DNA of 64,000 nt from an uncultured bacterium (GTDB lineage: Bacteria; Verrucomicrobiota; Lentisphaeria; Victivallales; UBA1829). The position numbers and the translations under genes are program-made. The stretch covers positions 3,798 to 67,797 of the forward strand of contig CACYZF010000003.1 of NCBI GenBank assembly GCA_902778895.1, read 5' to 3'. The notes below the pieces were generated by a model, which was not told the origin of the DNA, made no database searches, and was given only the letters and a program-made list of their open reading frames with translations. Shown one piece after another: positions 52,701 through 59,663 of the stretch. Within the stretch, counting starts at the first letter, position 1, and each line of letters begins with the position of its first letter.

Positions 52701-53037
52701 CTTTGTCCGGCACGATCTTGTCGGTTTTGGCGAGGGCGTCGTTGAGCGTGACGCGGTACGGCGGCTTCACGTCGCCGCCGGAGCCGTAGCCGACCAGGAA
52801 GGTCTGGATCTGCGTGATACCGAAGAACGCGACGGGCTGCGCGCCATCCTGTCCGAGCGGGAGCGCATTGTTGTCGTTCTTGAGCAGCACGATGCCTTCG
52901 GCGGCGGCGCGGCGGGCGTACTCCTGCACGGCCGGGTTCACGGCGGCGAACGCCTGGACGGAGAGCAGGGCGGCCGCGGCGGCGCACGAGGCTCCGGCGG
53001 CTGCCTTGAAATTGAGGAACGGGATGTGGAATTTCAT
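49726..53037 (-). CDS. secreted GH3 beta-glycosidase with permuted domain order, cadherin-like and CBM6/35-like C-terminal modules
   Basis: Signal peptide from MKFHIPFLNF... (start 53037). The GH3 C-terminal-type alpha/beta sandwich and FnIII-like region come first. The GH3 catalytic barrel follows (GPSGLRL, NIHRNPLCGRNFEYYSEDP, SYNKIN, LMTDWWA). The tail ends in a CBM-like beta-sandwich (...LELRWKSDGLNVSRINLTSVN). Confidence 0.85.
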   Translation of the reverse strand: MKFHIPFLNFKAAAGASCAAAAALLSVQAFAAVNPAVQEYARRAAAEGIVLLKNDNNALPLGQDGAQPVAFFGITQIQTFLVGYGSGGDVKPPYRVTLNDALAKTDKIVPDKELLDTYTKWAQANPLRAGGWGNWPFYAPEMPITAEQIQAASKRADTAVLVIGRAAGEDRECRLEPGSYYLTDAEKFLLKEITGSFKKTVVLLNVGNVIDMAWVKDYKIDALMYVWQGGMETGNAIVDVLTGKETPSGKLASAIANTYQDYPSSSSFGNRDFNNYTEDIYVGYRYFETFAPEKVLYPFGFGLSYTTFDIFGVTVNCPDLAKREVTVKATVKNTGPKFSGREVVQVYCGAPQGKLGKPAKVLVAYAKTKALAPGEAQSFTFTIPTKDFASFDDSGATGHQAAWVLEPGKYMFYVGNSSRAAKDSGSVELGELAVIEQLEPALAIASESVAFDRMKAVEQGGKLVAGTERVPVSNVDLPARVKERLPKAVPETGDKGIKLIDVKNGKNTLDEFVAQLTPAEIETLLRGDGGMGSPLGPAGNASVFGGTLQSVRDKGVPPIATCDGPSGLRLSANASLLPIGSLLACTWNNDLIEAMYYQVGLEMEMNGVDCILGPGMNIHRNPLCGRNFEYYSEDPLLTGLMAASMTRGIQKAGASTVPKHFALNNQETNRNANDSRCSERALREIYLRAFEICVKAGKPYNIMGSYNKINSFWNYYNYDLDTTILRGQWGWTGSLMTDWWAREGASDALHVKNNAWRVRSQMDVLMPGDGPARGKDNSLLESYNQWVAAGRPDGIEAGITLGEMQRGAKNVLNYVMNSRTFRKAHNLPNTYQPGEDWFAVSSDAKSDVPSAASASATAGKSGVEIKNAPTDITVNGEKIGFNPAVTNYYLPGIDFVAAKIEVATPAGVEKKITRNDAAKTVMIRTGSGADAREYTIDFNAVSNGRPVGVIELDKIEIPTMGFMSIMAAESTIFLSQGLRTKDSQKDLSGSQNGVPIKDSDHAIFNATVGSVARYAVHCTKDGKYAVSLRVASGQANTLAQLAIELYLDGEIAATFNATSTGGDQNWIDTKSYPVEFKQGFHTLELRWKSDGLNVSRINLTSVN

Positions 53038-53134
53038 ATTGGTTCCTTCCATTGAGAATGGGGGTTGATCATGGAGGAGCAAGGATGGATGAAAAACGGC
53101 TGCCTCTTTGCGGGAGACAGCCGTAACGCCGTGC

Positions 53135-56100
53135 TTATTTGAAGTCGGCGGCGGTCAATTCGACCGAGCCCTTCTTTCCGGTGAGGTCGACGGTCTTGCC
53201 GTTGTAGCGGGCGACGATCGGGATGCCGGTGAGGTCGGAGATCACGGCCTTGCCGAGGGTGCCGTTGTCCCACTGGATGGCGACCGTGGCGTTGCCGCGC
53301 GCCTTCAGTCCGGAGACGTTGCCTTTCGGGAGCGCCTTCGGGAGGCAGGGCAGAACGTCGATGATGGTCTTGCCGTCGGCGGTCGTCTCCTGCGACTGGA
53401 GCAGGATCTCGATCATGCCGGCCGCGCCGCCGAAGTTGCCGTCGATCTGGAACGGCGGATGCGCGTCGAAGAGGTTGTTGTAGGTCTTGTTCGGGTGGAT
53501 GAGATTGCTGACGAGCCGCCATGCGCGGTCGCCGTCGAGGAGGCGTGCCCACAGGTTGATCTTCCAGCCCATGCTCCAGCCGGTGGCGTCGTCGCCGCGG
53601 GCGTTCAGGGAGACCTTCGCGGCGTTGAAGAGGGCGGTGTCACTGGCGCGGATCACGTTGCCGGGGAACACGGTAAAGAGGTGGGAGACATGGCGGTGCT
53701 TGTTGTTCGGGTTGTCGTCCGGATGGTCGTCCATCCACTCGCGGAGCTGTCCCCAGGTGCCGATGGTGAACGGCGGGAACTTCTTCATCGCGGCTTCCAT
53801 CTTCGCGCGGAATTCGGGGTCGTCGTTGAGGAGCTTGGAGCTCTCGATGGTGGCCTTGAAGAGCGCGGTCAGGATGCCGGTGTCCATGGTCGGGGAGGCG
53901 CAGAGGCCGCCCTGTTCGGGCGAGTAGGACGGGATGGTGACGAGGACGCCGCCGTGCTTGGGATCGGGCTGGAGGAAGTCGAGGTAGAACGCCACGGATT
54001 CCTTCATGACCGGGTAGTGCTTGCGGAGGTCGTCGAGGTTGCGCGTGAACTGGTAGTGATCCCAGAAATGGAGGCACAGCCAGGCGCCGCCCATGGGCCA
54101 CATGCCGGTGGGCGAGAAGTCGATCGGGCCGCACTGGCGCCAGAGGTCGGTGTTGTGGTGCGCCACCCAGCCGTTGTCGACATTGTAGAGCTTCTTCGCG
54201 GCCTTCTTGCCGTTCGGGACCATCTCGTGGATCATGTCGAAGAGCGGCTCATGGCACTCGGAGAGGTTCGCGGTCTCGGCGGGCCAATAGTTCATTTCCG
54301 CGTTGATGTTGATCGTGTACTTGCTCTGCCACGGCACGTTCACCTCTTCGCTCCAGATGCCCTGAAGGTTGGCGGGCTGGCTGCCGGGACGGGAGCTGGC
54401 GATCAGGAGGTAGCGGCCGAACTGGAAGTAGAGGGACGCCAGGTCGGGGTCGAGCTGGTTGCCGGGCTGGCGGCGGGCGTTGAGGCGCTCGTCGGTCGGA
54501 AGTTTGGACGGGGTGCCGCCGAGGTCGAAGGTCACGCGGTCGAAGAGCTTGCGGTAGTCTGCGATGTGCGCCTTCTTCAGGGCGTCGTAATCAACGGAGC
54601 TGAACTTCTTGAAGACGTCGGCGATGCGCTTCGCGGGATCGCCGGAGACGTCGTTGTACGCCTTGAACGAGGATTCGGCGTCGAGCAGGATGACAACGGA
54701 GTCGGCCTTTTCCACGCTGATGCCGCGTTCGCCGGAGACGAGCTTGCCGCCCTTGTTGAACACGCGGCCAGTGATCTGGATGTTCGTCGCGCCCTTGATG
54801 CCGTTGTAGTCGATGGTGCGGCCGGTGAGGGTCATGGTGTTGCCTTCGACCTTGACGGCCTGGAGGTCCTGCGCGGTGCCGATGAAGGCTCCGACGGTGA
54901 TGCTGGCGGGCTTGTCGGCGGTCAGGCGCATGGCGACCACGCGGTCCGGATAGCTGGCGAAGTATTCGCGGGTGTAGGTCACGCCGTTGCGCGTGAATTT
55001 GGTCTGCGCGACGGCTTCGCGGATATTCAGGCTGTGGATGTAGCCGGAGATGTCGCCGTCGCCGGTGTCCTGTTCAAGCCCGAGCGCGCCCGCCACGGAG
55101 AACGCCATTTCGGCGCTCGGACGGGAAATGAAGCTGCTGTTCGCGATGTTTCCGGCCTGGTCCGCTCTGCCGTCGAAGATGAGCTGGCGCATCTGCGCGA
55201 GCTTCTCAGGGGTGGCGTCCGGATTCAGGTGGTCGTACGGACCGCCCGCCCAGATCGTGTCCTCGTTGAGGATGAGGTATTCACGCTCGGGACGGCCGGC
55301 GATCATCGCGCCCATGTGGCCGTTGCCGATGGGAATCATGTCAGTCCAGGTGCCGGGCATGCGGCGGAACCAGACCGTGAGCGGATCTTCGGGAGCCGGG
55401 GCGGGATTGGGATCGGCGTCGCCGCGGAGGATGTTCACGTTGCGGACGGGGAACAGGGGCACGCCTCCGGTGATGGGCTTCGCGGCCTTGATGTCCCAGG
55501 AGTAATTCGCCTTGGCATCGGCGAATCCCGCGGCCTCATCGGAACTGGAGTAGAGCTTGTTGATCTCGTCGGCGGAGAGGGCGCGGTCCCACAGCGCCAC
55601 ATAGTCGATCCGACCGTTGAACCGGCTGTTGCCGTTGGCGTCCGAACCGATGGTCATGGCGCGCCAGGTGGGCTCGCCGATCACATTGTTCGCGCGGCCC
55701 TGGGCGAGGCGTTCACCGTTCGCGTACACCTCGAAACGGTGTTCCTTCTGGCTCGCCACGATGACGAGTTTCACGGGTTTGCCTTTCGGGAAGCTGTCCG
55801 AGCTGACCTGCGCAGCTCCCTGGACGCCGTTCACACGGAGACCGGTCTGAGCCGCGGGCTGCTGTCCCCAGCCGCCGCCGGGGCCGCCGGGACCGCCGCC
55901 GAAGCCGCCGCCTCCGAATCCTCCGCCGGGGCCGCCGCCTCTGCCGCCACGGCCGCCGCCACCGCCGCCGGTGAAGCTGACGGAGAAGCCGCAGTTTCCG
56001 CCCTGCTGGTTCAGAAGAGTTCCGTTCCAGTTGTCGCTTTCAGCGGTGATGGCGATGGTCATTTCGTGCGGAGTCGAGAGCAGACGTCCGACGGGCGTGG

Positions 56101-56182
56101 AAAGAGGCTGCGAGGGTTCCGCCGCAACGGACGAGAGCGCGGCGAGGGCCATCAGAGCCGAACAGAGCAGGAAGCGTTTCAT
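53135..56182 (-). CDS. secreted GH95 alpha-L-fucosidase-family enzyme with N-terminal LamG-like domain
   Basis: 1015 aa. Signal peptide. LamG-like module (RFNGRIDYVALWDRALSADEINKLY). GH95 hallmarks IPIGNGHMGAMIAG...LILNEDTIWAGGP and YTININAEMNYWPAE. Confidence 0.85.
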   Translation of the reverse strand: MKRFLLCSALMALAALSSVAAEPSQPLSTPVGRLLSTPHEMTIAITAESDNWNGTLLNQQGGNCGFSVSFTGGGGGGRGGRGGGPGGGFGGGGFGGGPGGPGGGWGQQPAAQTGLRVNGVQGAAQVSSDSFPKGKPVKLVIVASQKEHRFEVYANGERLAQGRANNVIGEPTWRAMTIGSDANGNSRFNGRIDYVALWDRALSADEINKLYSSSDEAAGFADAKANYSWDIKAAKPITGGVPLFPVRNVNILRGDADPNPAPAPEDPLTVWFRRMPGTWTDMIPIGNGHMGAMIAGRPEREYLILNEDTIWAGGPYDHLNPDATPEKLAQMRQLIFDGRADQAGNIANSSFISRPSAEMAFSVAGALGLEQDTGDGDISGYIHSLNIREAVAQTKFTRNGVTYTREYFASYPDRVVAMRLTADKPASITVGAFIGTAQDLQAVKVEGNTMTLTGRTIDYNGIKGATNIQITGRVFNKGGKLVSGERGISVEKADSVVILLDAESSFKAYNDVSGDPAKRIADVFKKFSSVDYDALKKAHIADYRKLFDRVTFDLGGTPSKLPTDERLNARRQPGNQLDPDLASLYFQFGRYLLIASSRPGSQPANLQGIWSEEVNVPWQSKYTININAEMNYWPAETANLSECHEPLFDMIHEMVPNGKKAAKKLYNVDNGWVAHHNTDLWRQCGPIDFSPTGMWPMGGAWLCLHFWDHYQFTRNLDDLRKHYPVMKESVAFYLDFLQPDPKHGGVLVTIPSYSPEQGGLCASPTMDTGILTALFKATIESSKLLNDDPEFRAKMEAAMKKFPPFTIGTWGQLREWMDDHPDDNPNNKHRHVSHLFTVFPGNVIRASDTALFNAAKVSLNARGDDATGWSMGWKINLWARLLDGDRAWRLVSNLIHPNKTYNNLFDAHPPFQIDGNFGGAAGMIEILLQSQETTADGKTIIDVLPCLPKALPKGNVSGLKARGNATVAIQWDNGTLGKAVISDLTGIPIVARYNGKTVDLTGKKGSVELTAADFK
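55868..55969 (-). repeat. glycine-rich RGG/FGG low-complexity insertion inside the GH95 N-terminal domain
   Basis: Encodes GGGGGGRGGRGGGPGGGFGGGGFGGGPGGPGGGW (aa 72-105). The first 39 nt differ at only 3 positions from the start of the AKR tail repeat (40995-41033). Confidence 0.8.
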
Positions 56183-56358
56183 GATGATTCTCCTTGAAGC
56201 TTGAGGTTAGATTTGGGTTTCAAGGGGAATATAGCATGGAATCAAGCCGTTTTCAAGATGCTTTCCGCCCTTTTAAATAAAAATGAAGTTTTTTTTCGGA
56301 AAAGAAACGTTAGTAACGTTCCTTTTTCGCATATTGGCCTGAACGGAAAAGCGCGACG

Positions 56359-57027
56359 TCACTGCATCATTTCCTCGCCGGTTTCCTTCGTCAAAGCGTT
56401 AATGCGTTTCGCAAACTCGGGCGTAGTTGCGAAACACGGGAAGTAATTCCCCTTCCACCAGATGGTCCGGATCGTGGGATAGACGTTCCCGAACCAGGTC
56501 GTCCCCTGGAGCAGCATCACGCCGTAAACGTAAATGCGGCCGAACCGCTGCGGCTGCGCCACGACACCCCCGTCCCACGAGGCCGCCCATCCAAGCGTAC
56601 CATTGGTCAGCTCCGTGATGGACGTAAGGGAGATCCGTCCGGGAGAGCCGGGCAGCACGATCGGGGAATCAGGCGGGACCAGGATGCCGCCGCCGGAACT
56701 GCTTGCGGGCGGGAGGTGGTCTCCTGCGACCGCAGGCCCTGAAAAGAACCAGCCGGGTTTCGCGTCGAGCATCAGACGGTCGCGCATCTGCCACATCAGG
56801 GCGTCGCGCGATTCCGGCGTGAGGTCGGCGAAGCTGACGGTCTTCGTGGTGGTGCTGCCGTCCGGCAGGCGTCCGGTCACGATGAATCGGGACCCGGACA
56901 TGCTGTCGACGGTAGCGTTTTCGAGCGTAACGCCGTTAAGCAGCCGGACCACGAAGTCGGACGGCGGCGCGGCGGTCAGGACGGTGCAGACGAGCGTCAG
57001 CACGACGGACAAAAAGACGTGTTTCAT
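56359..57027 (-). CDS. secreted hypothetical protein (last gene of the Bat-like unit)
   Basis: True start is MKHVFLSVVLTLVCTVLTAAPP at 57027 with RBS AAGGAGGG. 222 aa. Central P/G/S-rich linker. Trp/Tyr/Gly-rich C-terminal domain. Confidence 0.65.
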   Translation of the reverse strand: MKHVFLSVVLTLVCTVLTAAPPSDFVVRLLNGVTLENATVDSMSGSRFIVTGRLPDGSTTTKTVSFADLTPESRDALMWQMRDRLMLDAKPGWFFSGPAVAGDHLPPASSSGGGILVPPDSPIVLPGSPGRISLTSITELTNGTLGWAASWDGGVVAQPQRFGRIYVYGVMLLQGTTWFGNVYPTIRTIWWKGNYFPCFATTPEFAKRINALTKETGEEMMQ

Positions 57028-57061
57028 GTTATCCCTCCTTTTTTTTGATGTCCGGGCGGTC

Positions 57062-59659
57062 TTACTGCGCGGCGTCGGTGTGCGCCGCCAGGTCGCCGGG
57101 CGAATTGCTCCAGAGAAGCGCCAGGTTCGCGCCGCGCACCCAGCCCTCGTCGTTGTTTTCCAGCCGCACGCGCACCCAATCCATGCGGTTCTCCTCGATG
57201 GAGACCTCCGCACCGGGTTTCAGGTATTGTTCCACACGCCCGGATTCGGCGGACGGCAGACTGTACAGCGGCGTATTGCGGACGATCACGACGGCTTCGC
57301 GCGCCGGATCGTCGGCGGACGCCTTCGCGATGAGCGCGGCAGCGCAGATCACGACGACCACGATCCCGGCATAGAACGGCCATTGCCACAGATTCGAATG
57401 GCGCTGGAAGAACATCCCGAGCGCGATCAGCACGAGCGCGAGGCCGCACGCGCAGGATACGAGCCATTCATCCACGCGAAGGAAATCGCGGGCCGCAAGC
57501 ATGAAGTCCGCGGGCGACTCCACACGGTATTTCGGCGGCAGAAGCAGTTTGCGGCGCGTCAACTCCAGGTTGCCGGAGATGTCCGAATCGCGCGGCTGAA
57601 GATAGCGGGCGCGTTCATAGCAGACCAGGGCACGCGGATAGTCGCCAAGCTGGTAGAAGCAGTTGCCCATGTTGTAGAGCAGAGCAGGCGAGACGTTGCG
57701 CGGGTCGATCTTCGAAGCGTAGTAATCCAGCGCCTGCCGGAACTGCCCGGCGTCGTAAGCGGTTTTCGCCTCGTCCGAGTTCTTCGGGAGCACGGTTTCT
57801 GCGGAAACGGACTTGTCCGCCGGTGCGGATTCCTCTTCCGCGGCGTCCGCAGGCAATGCGAAACAGAGCGCGCCGAGGAGGAACGCGATCGCGCCGAACT
57901 TGCGGACAGCGGACGCGAGCTGTTTGCGGAATTTTACGTTGAGCTGACCGCGGAGCGACGGCATCCACGCGGTGTTCGCGAGGTCTTCGAGCTGGCGGCC
58001 GAGCTCCGGTTCGGAATCCTTCACACGGGACGCCGTTTCGCTCAGGGAGGTCCCCGGCGGTAGGTCGAGCATGTCGTTGAAGAACGCGGCCAGGTCCGCG
58101 CCGACTTTGTCCGGCAGGTCCTGAGGCGGCGTCTTTTCGATGGCGGAGGCGAGTCTGCCTCTGCGGGCGCGGGCGCCGATGCGCCTGCGTGCGGAAGGAT
58201 CGGATTCGAGGGAACGTTTCCGGGCGGCGGCCAATGCGCTTCCGCCCGCGAAGACGGAACCGGCGAGAATCAATCCAAGCGATATCCACAGGGCATTCAT
58301 CGCCAGCGGCATCGCCACGCGTCCGCCGTCGTCCTCGTCGTGCAGATACAGGATGCTTTCCGGCGCGGGCGCCGAGGCGGCGCCCGAGGTCAGGTCGGGA
58401 TCGGCGTTCACGACCGCCGCGCCAGCGGGGATCGCGGCCATGCCGCCGGACACGGCCTTGTCCACCTTGACCGTCTCACTGAACTTGAACGGGACATACT
58501 GGCCGGTCGACGGATCGAACGTGGAACAGTTGAAGGAAACGGTCTGTTCGCCCCCCGCAAGCGGAATGAGGATGCAGCTCACGGAGACGCCGGACGCCGT
58601 TTCCTTGGTCTCGGGCGGATACGCGCGGAAATGCTCCGGTTCGATCTTCGGCATGTTCAGCATCTCGGTCTGGTCCTCGCCCGTGAAGTTGATCTTGAGG
58701 CTAAGAGGTTCCCCGATGCGGTACGGACCGGGTGAAAGCGAGGCTTCCGGCGCCCATTTTCCGATGAGTCCGACGAACGGCGCGTCCGCGGGCGCGGCGG
58801 GCAACGGCTTGATCGTAATCTCCGGAGAAGCACCGCGGATGGTCTGCCGGGTCGTGGTGAACGCTGAGAAAAAGTCGCGTTCATCGAGCAGGATGGCGGC
58901 GGTATCGGCGACGAGCTGAAGCTGACCGGGCGCGAGCGCGCGGAATTTCGTGTCGAAATCGTACACGGTATACGGGATGTTTCCGAGGCGCTGGTTATGG
59001 CTGGTAATGGACTCGAAGTTCGGCGCTTCCGGATTGACCTTGCGGAAATCGTGGAACCGGATCGACATCTTTCCGTCGGCCGACTTGATCTCCGGGTAGT
59101 TCGCGAGGCGGAGTTCATACGGCGTGCGCACGAAAATCGAGAGCTGGAGCGGAATCTCCTCGCCGACCCAGAACACCGGCGTCTTGTCCTCCGCGACACC
59201 GGGGAACGTCATACGGGAGTAGACCGGCTCGTTGGAGTTCACCTGCGACGGGTCGAGCTTCGGCATGGCGGAGATCCGGATCCGGACTGGACCGGCCGAT
59301 TCCGGCTGGCGCGTGTTGCCGTTCACGATGACCTCGAATGACGGAATTGTGAAGTCGCCTTCCTCGCGGGCAGTGAACGGGATGCGGAGCGTGTATTTCG
59401 AGGAGGTCACGCCGTTGATGACGGACATGCTGGAGCCGCTGGAGATGCCGCTGTTCCACTCGATCCCGGAGACGCGTCCCGGCATCCGGTTGACCTGGAG
59501 ACGGCTCACGTTTTCGGCGGAGATCTCGATGTATCCGCGCATGCCCACGGTAAGGTTGCGCGGCTGGACGGAAACGTTCAGGTCGACGGCCGAGGCGGCA
59601 AACGCGAAAAGAAAGAGCAGGAAAGCAATGAGTCGGGGAAGAATCGTTCTGTTCGGCAT
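57062..59659 (-). CDS. BatD-like protein fused to BatE-like TPR + SH3 modules
   Basis: Signal peptide. BatD-type repeated beta domains (LNVSVQPRNLTVGMRGYIEISAENVS ... GDFTIPSFEVIVNG). TM helices. TPR (YNMGNCFYQLGDYPRALVCYERARYLQP). More TM helices. C-terminal SH3-like REAVVIVRNTPLYSLPSAESGRVEQYLKPGAEVSIEENRMDWVRV. The start may be 59683. Confidence 0.8.
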   Translation of the reverse strand: MPNRTILPRLIAFLLFLFAFAASAVDLNVSVQPRNLTVGMRGYIEISAENVSRLQVNRMPGRVSGIEWNSGISSGSSMSVINGVTSSKYTLRIPFTAREEGDFTIPSFEVIVNGNTRQPESAGPVRIRISAMPKLDPSQVNSNEPVYSRMTFPGVAEDKTPVFWVGEEIPLQLSIFVRTPYELRLANYPEIKSADGKMSIRFHDFRKVNPEAPNFESITSHNQRLGNIPYTVYDFDTKFRALAPGQLQLVADTAAILLDERDFFSAFTTTRQTIRGASPEITIKPLPAAPADAPFVGLIGKWAPEASLSPGPYRIGEPLSLKINFTGEDQTEMLNMPKIEPEHFRAYPPETKETASGVSVSCILIPLAGGEQTVSFNCSTFDPSTGQYVPFKFSETVKVDKAVSGGMAAIPAGAAVVNADPDLTSGAASAPAPESILYLHDEDDGGRVAMPLAMNALWISLGLILAGSVFAGGSALAAARKRSLESDPSARRRIGARARRGRLASAIEKTPPQDLPDKVGADLAAFFNDMLDLPPGTSLSETASRVKDSEPELGRQLEDLANTAWMPSLRGQLNVKFRKQLASAVRKFGAIAFLLGALCFALPADAAEEESAPADKSVSAETVLPKNSDEAKTAYDAGQFRQALDYYASKIDPRNVSPALLYNMGNCFYQLGDYPRALVCYERARYLQPRDSDISGNLELTRRKLLLPPKYRVESPADFMLAARDFLRVDEWLVSCACGLALVLIALGMFFQRHSNLWQWPFYAGIVVVVICAAALIAKASADDPAREAVVIVRNTPLYSLPSAESGRVEQYLKPGAEVSIEENRMDWVRVRLENNDEGWVRGANLALLWSNSPGDLAAHTDAAQ

Positions 59660-59663
59660 GATG

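Noticed and set aside
53108-56197. 1029 aa plus-strand ORF (and similarly 49795-52248, 45884-47401, 47062-49002, 25613-27538, 28043-29440)
   Set aside because: All are antisense to genes with strong family signatures (GH95, GH3, secretins, thiC/thiM, membrane protein). Their long open frames are explained by third-position GC bias.
56236-56275. Recurring GAAAACGGCTTGATT-like 15-mer (also near 39156-39171 and 41466-41481) considered as a dedicated transcription-factor site
   Set aside because: It coincides with an A-rich UP-like tract plus a -35 hexamer (TTGATT/TTGAAA) of ordinary sigma70-type promoters. Its position relative to the -10 differs between instances, so it most simply reflects the organism's promoter consensus.
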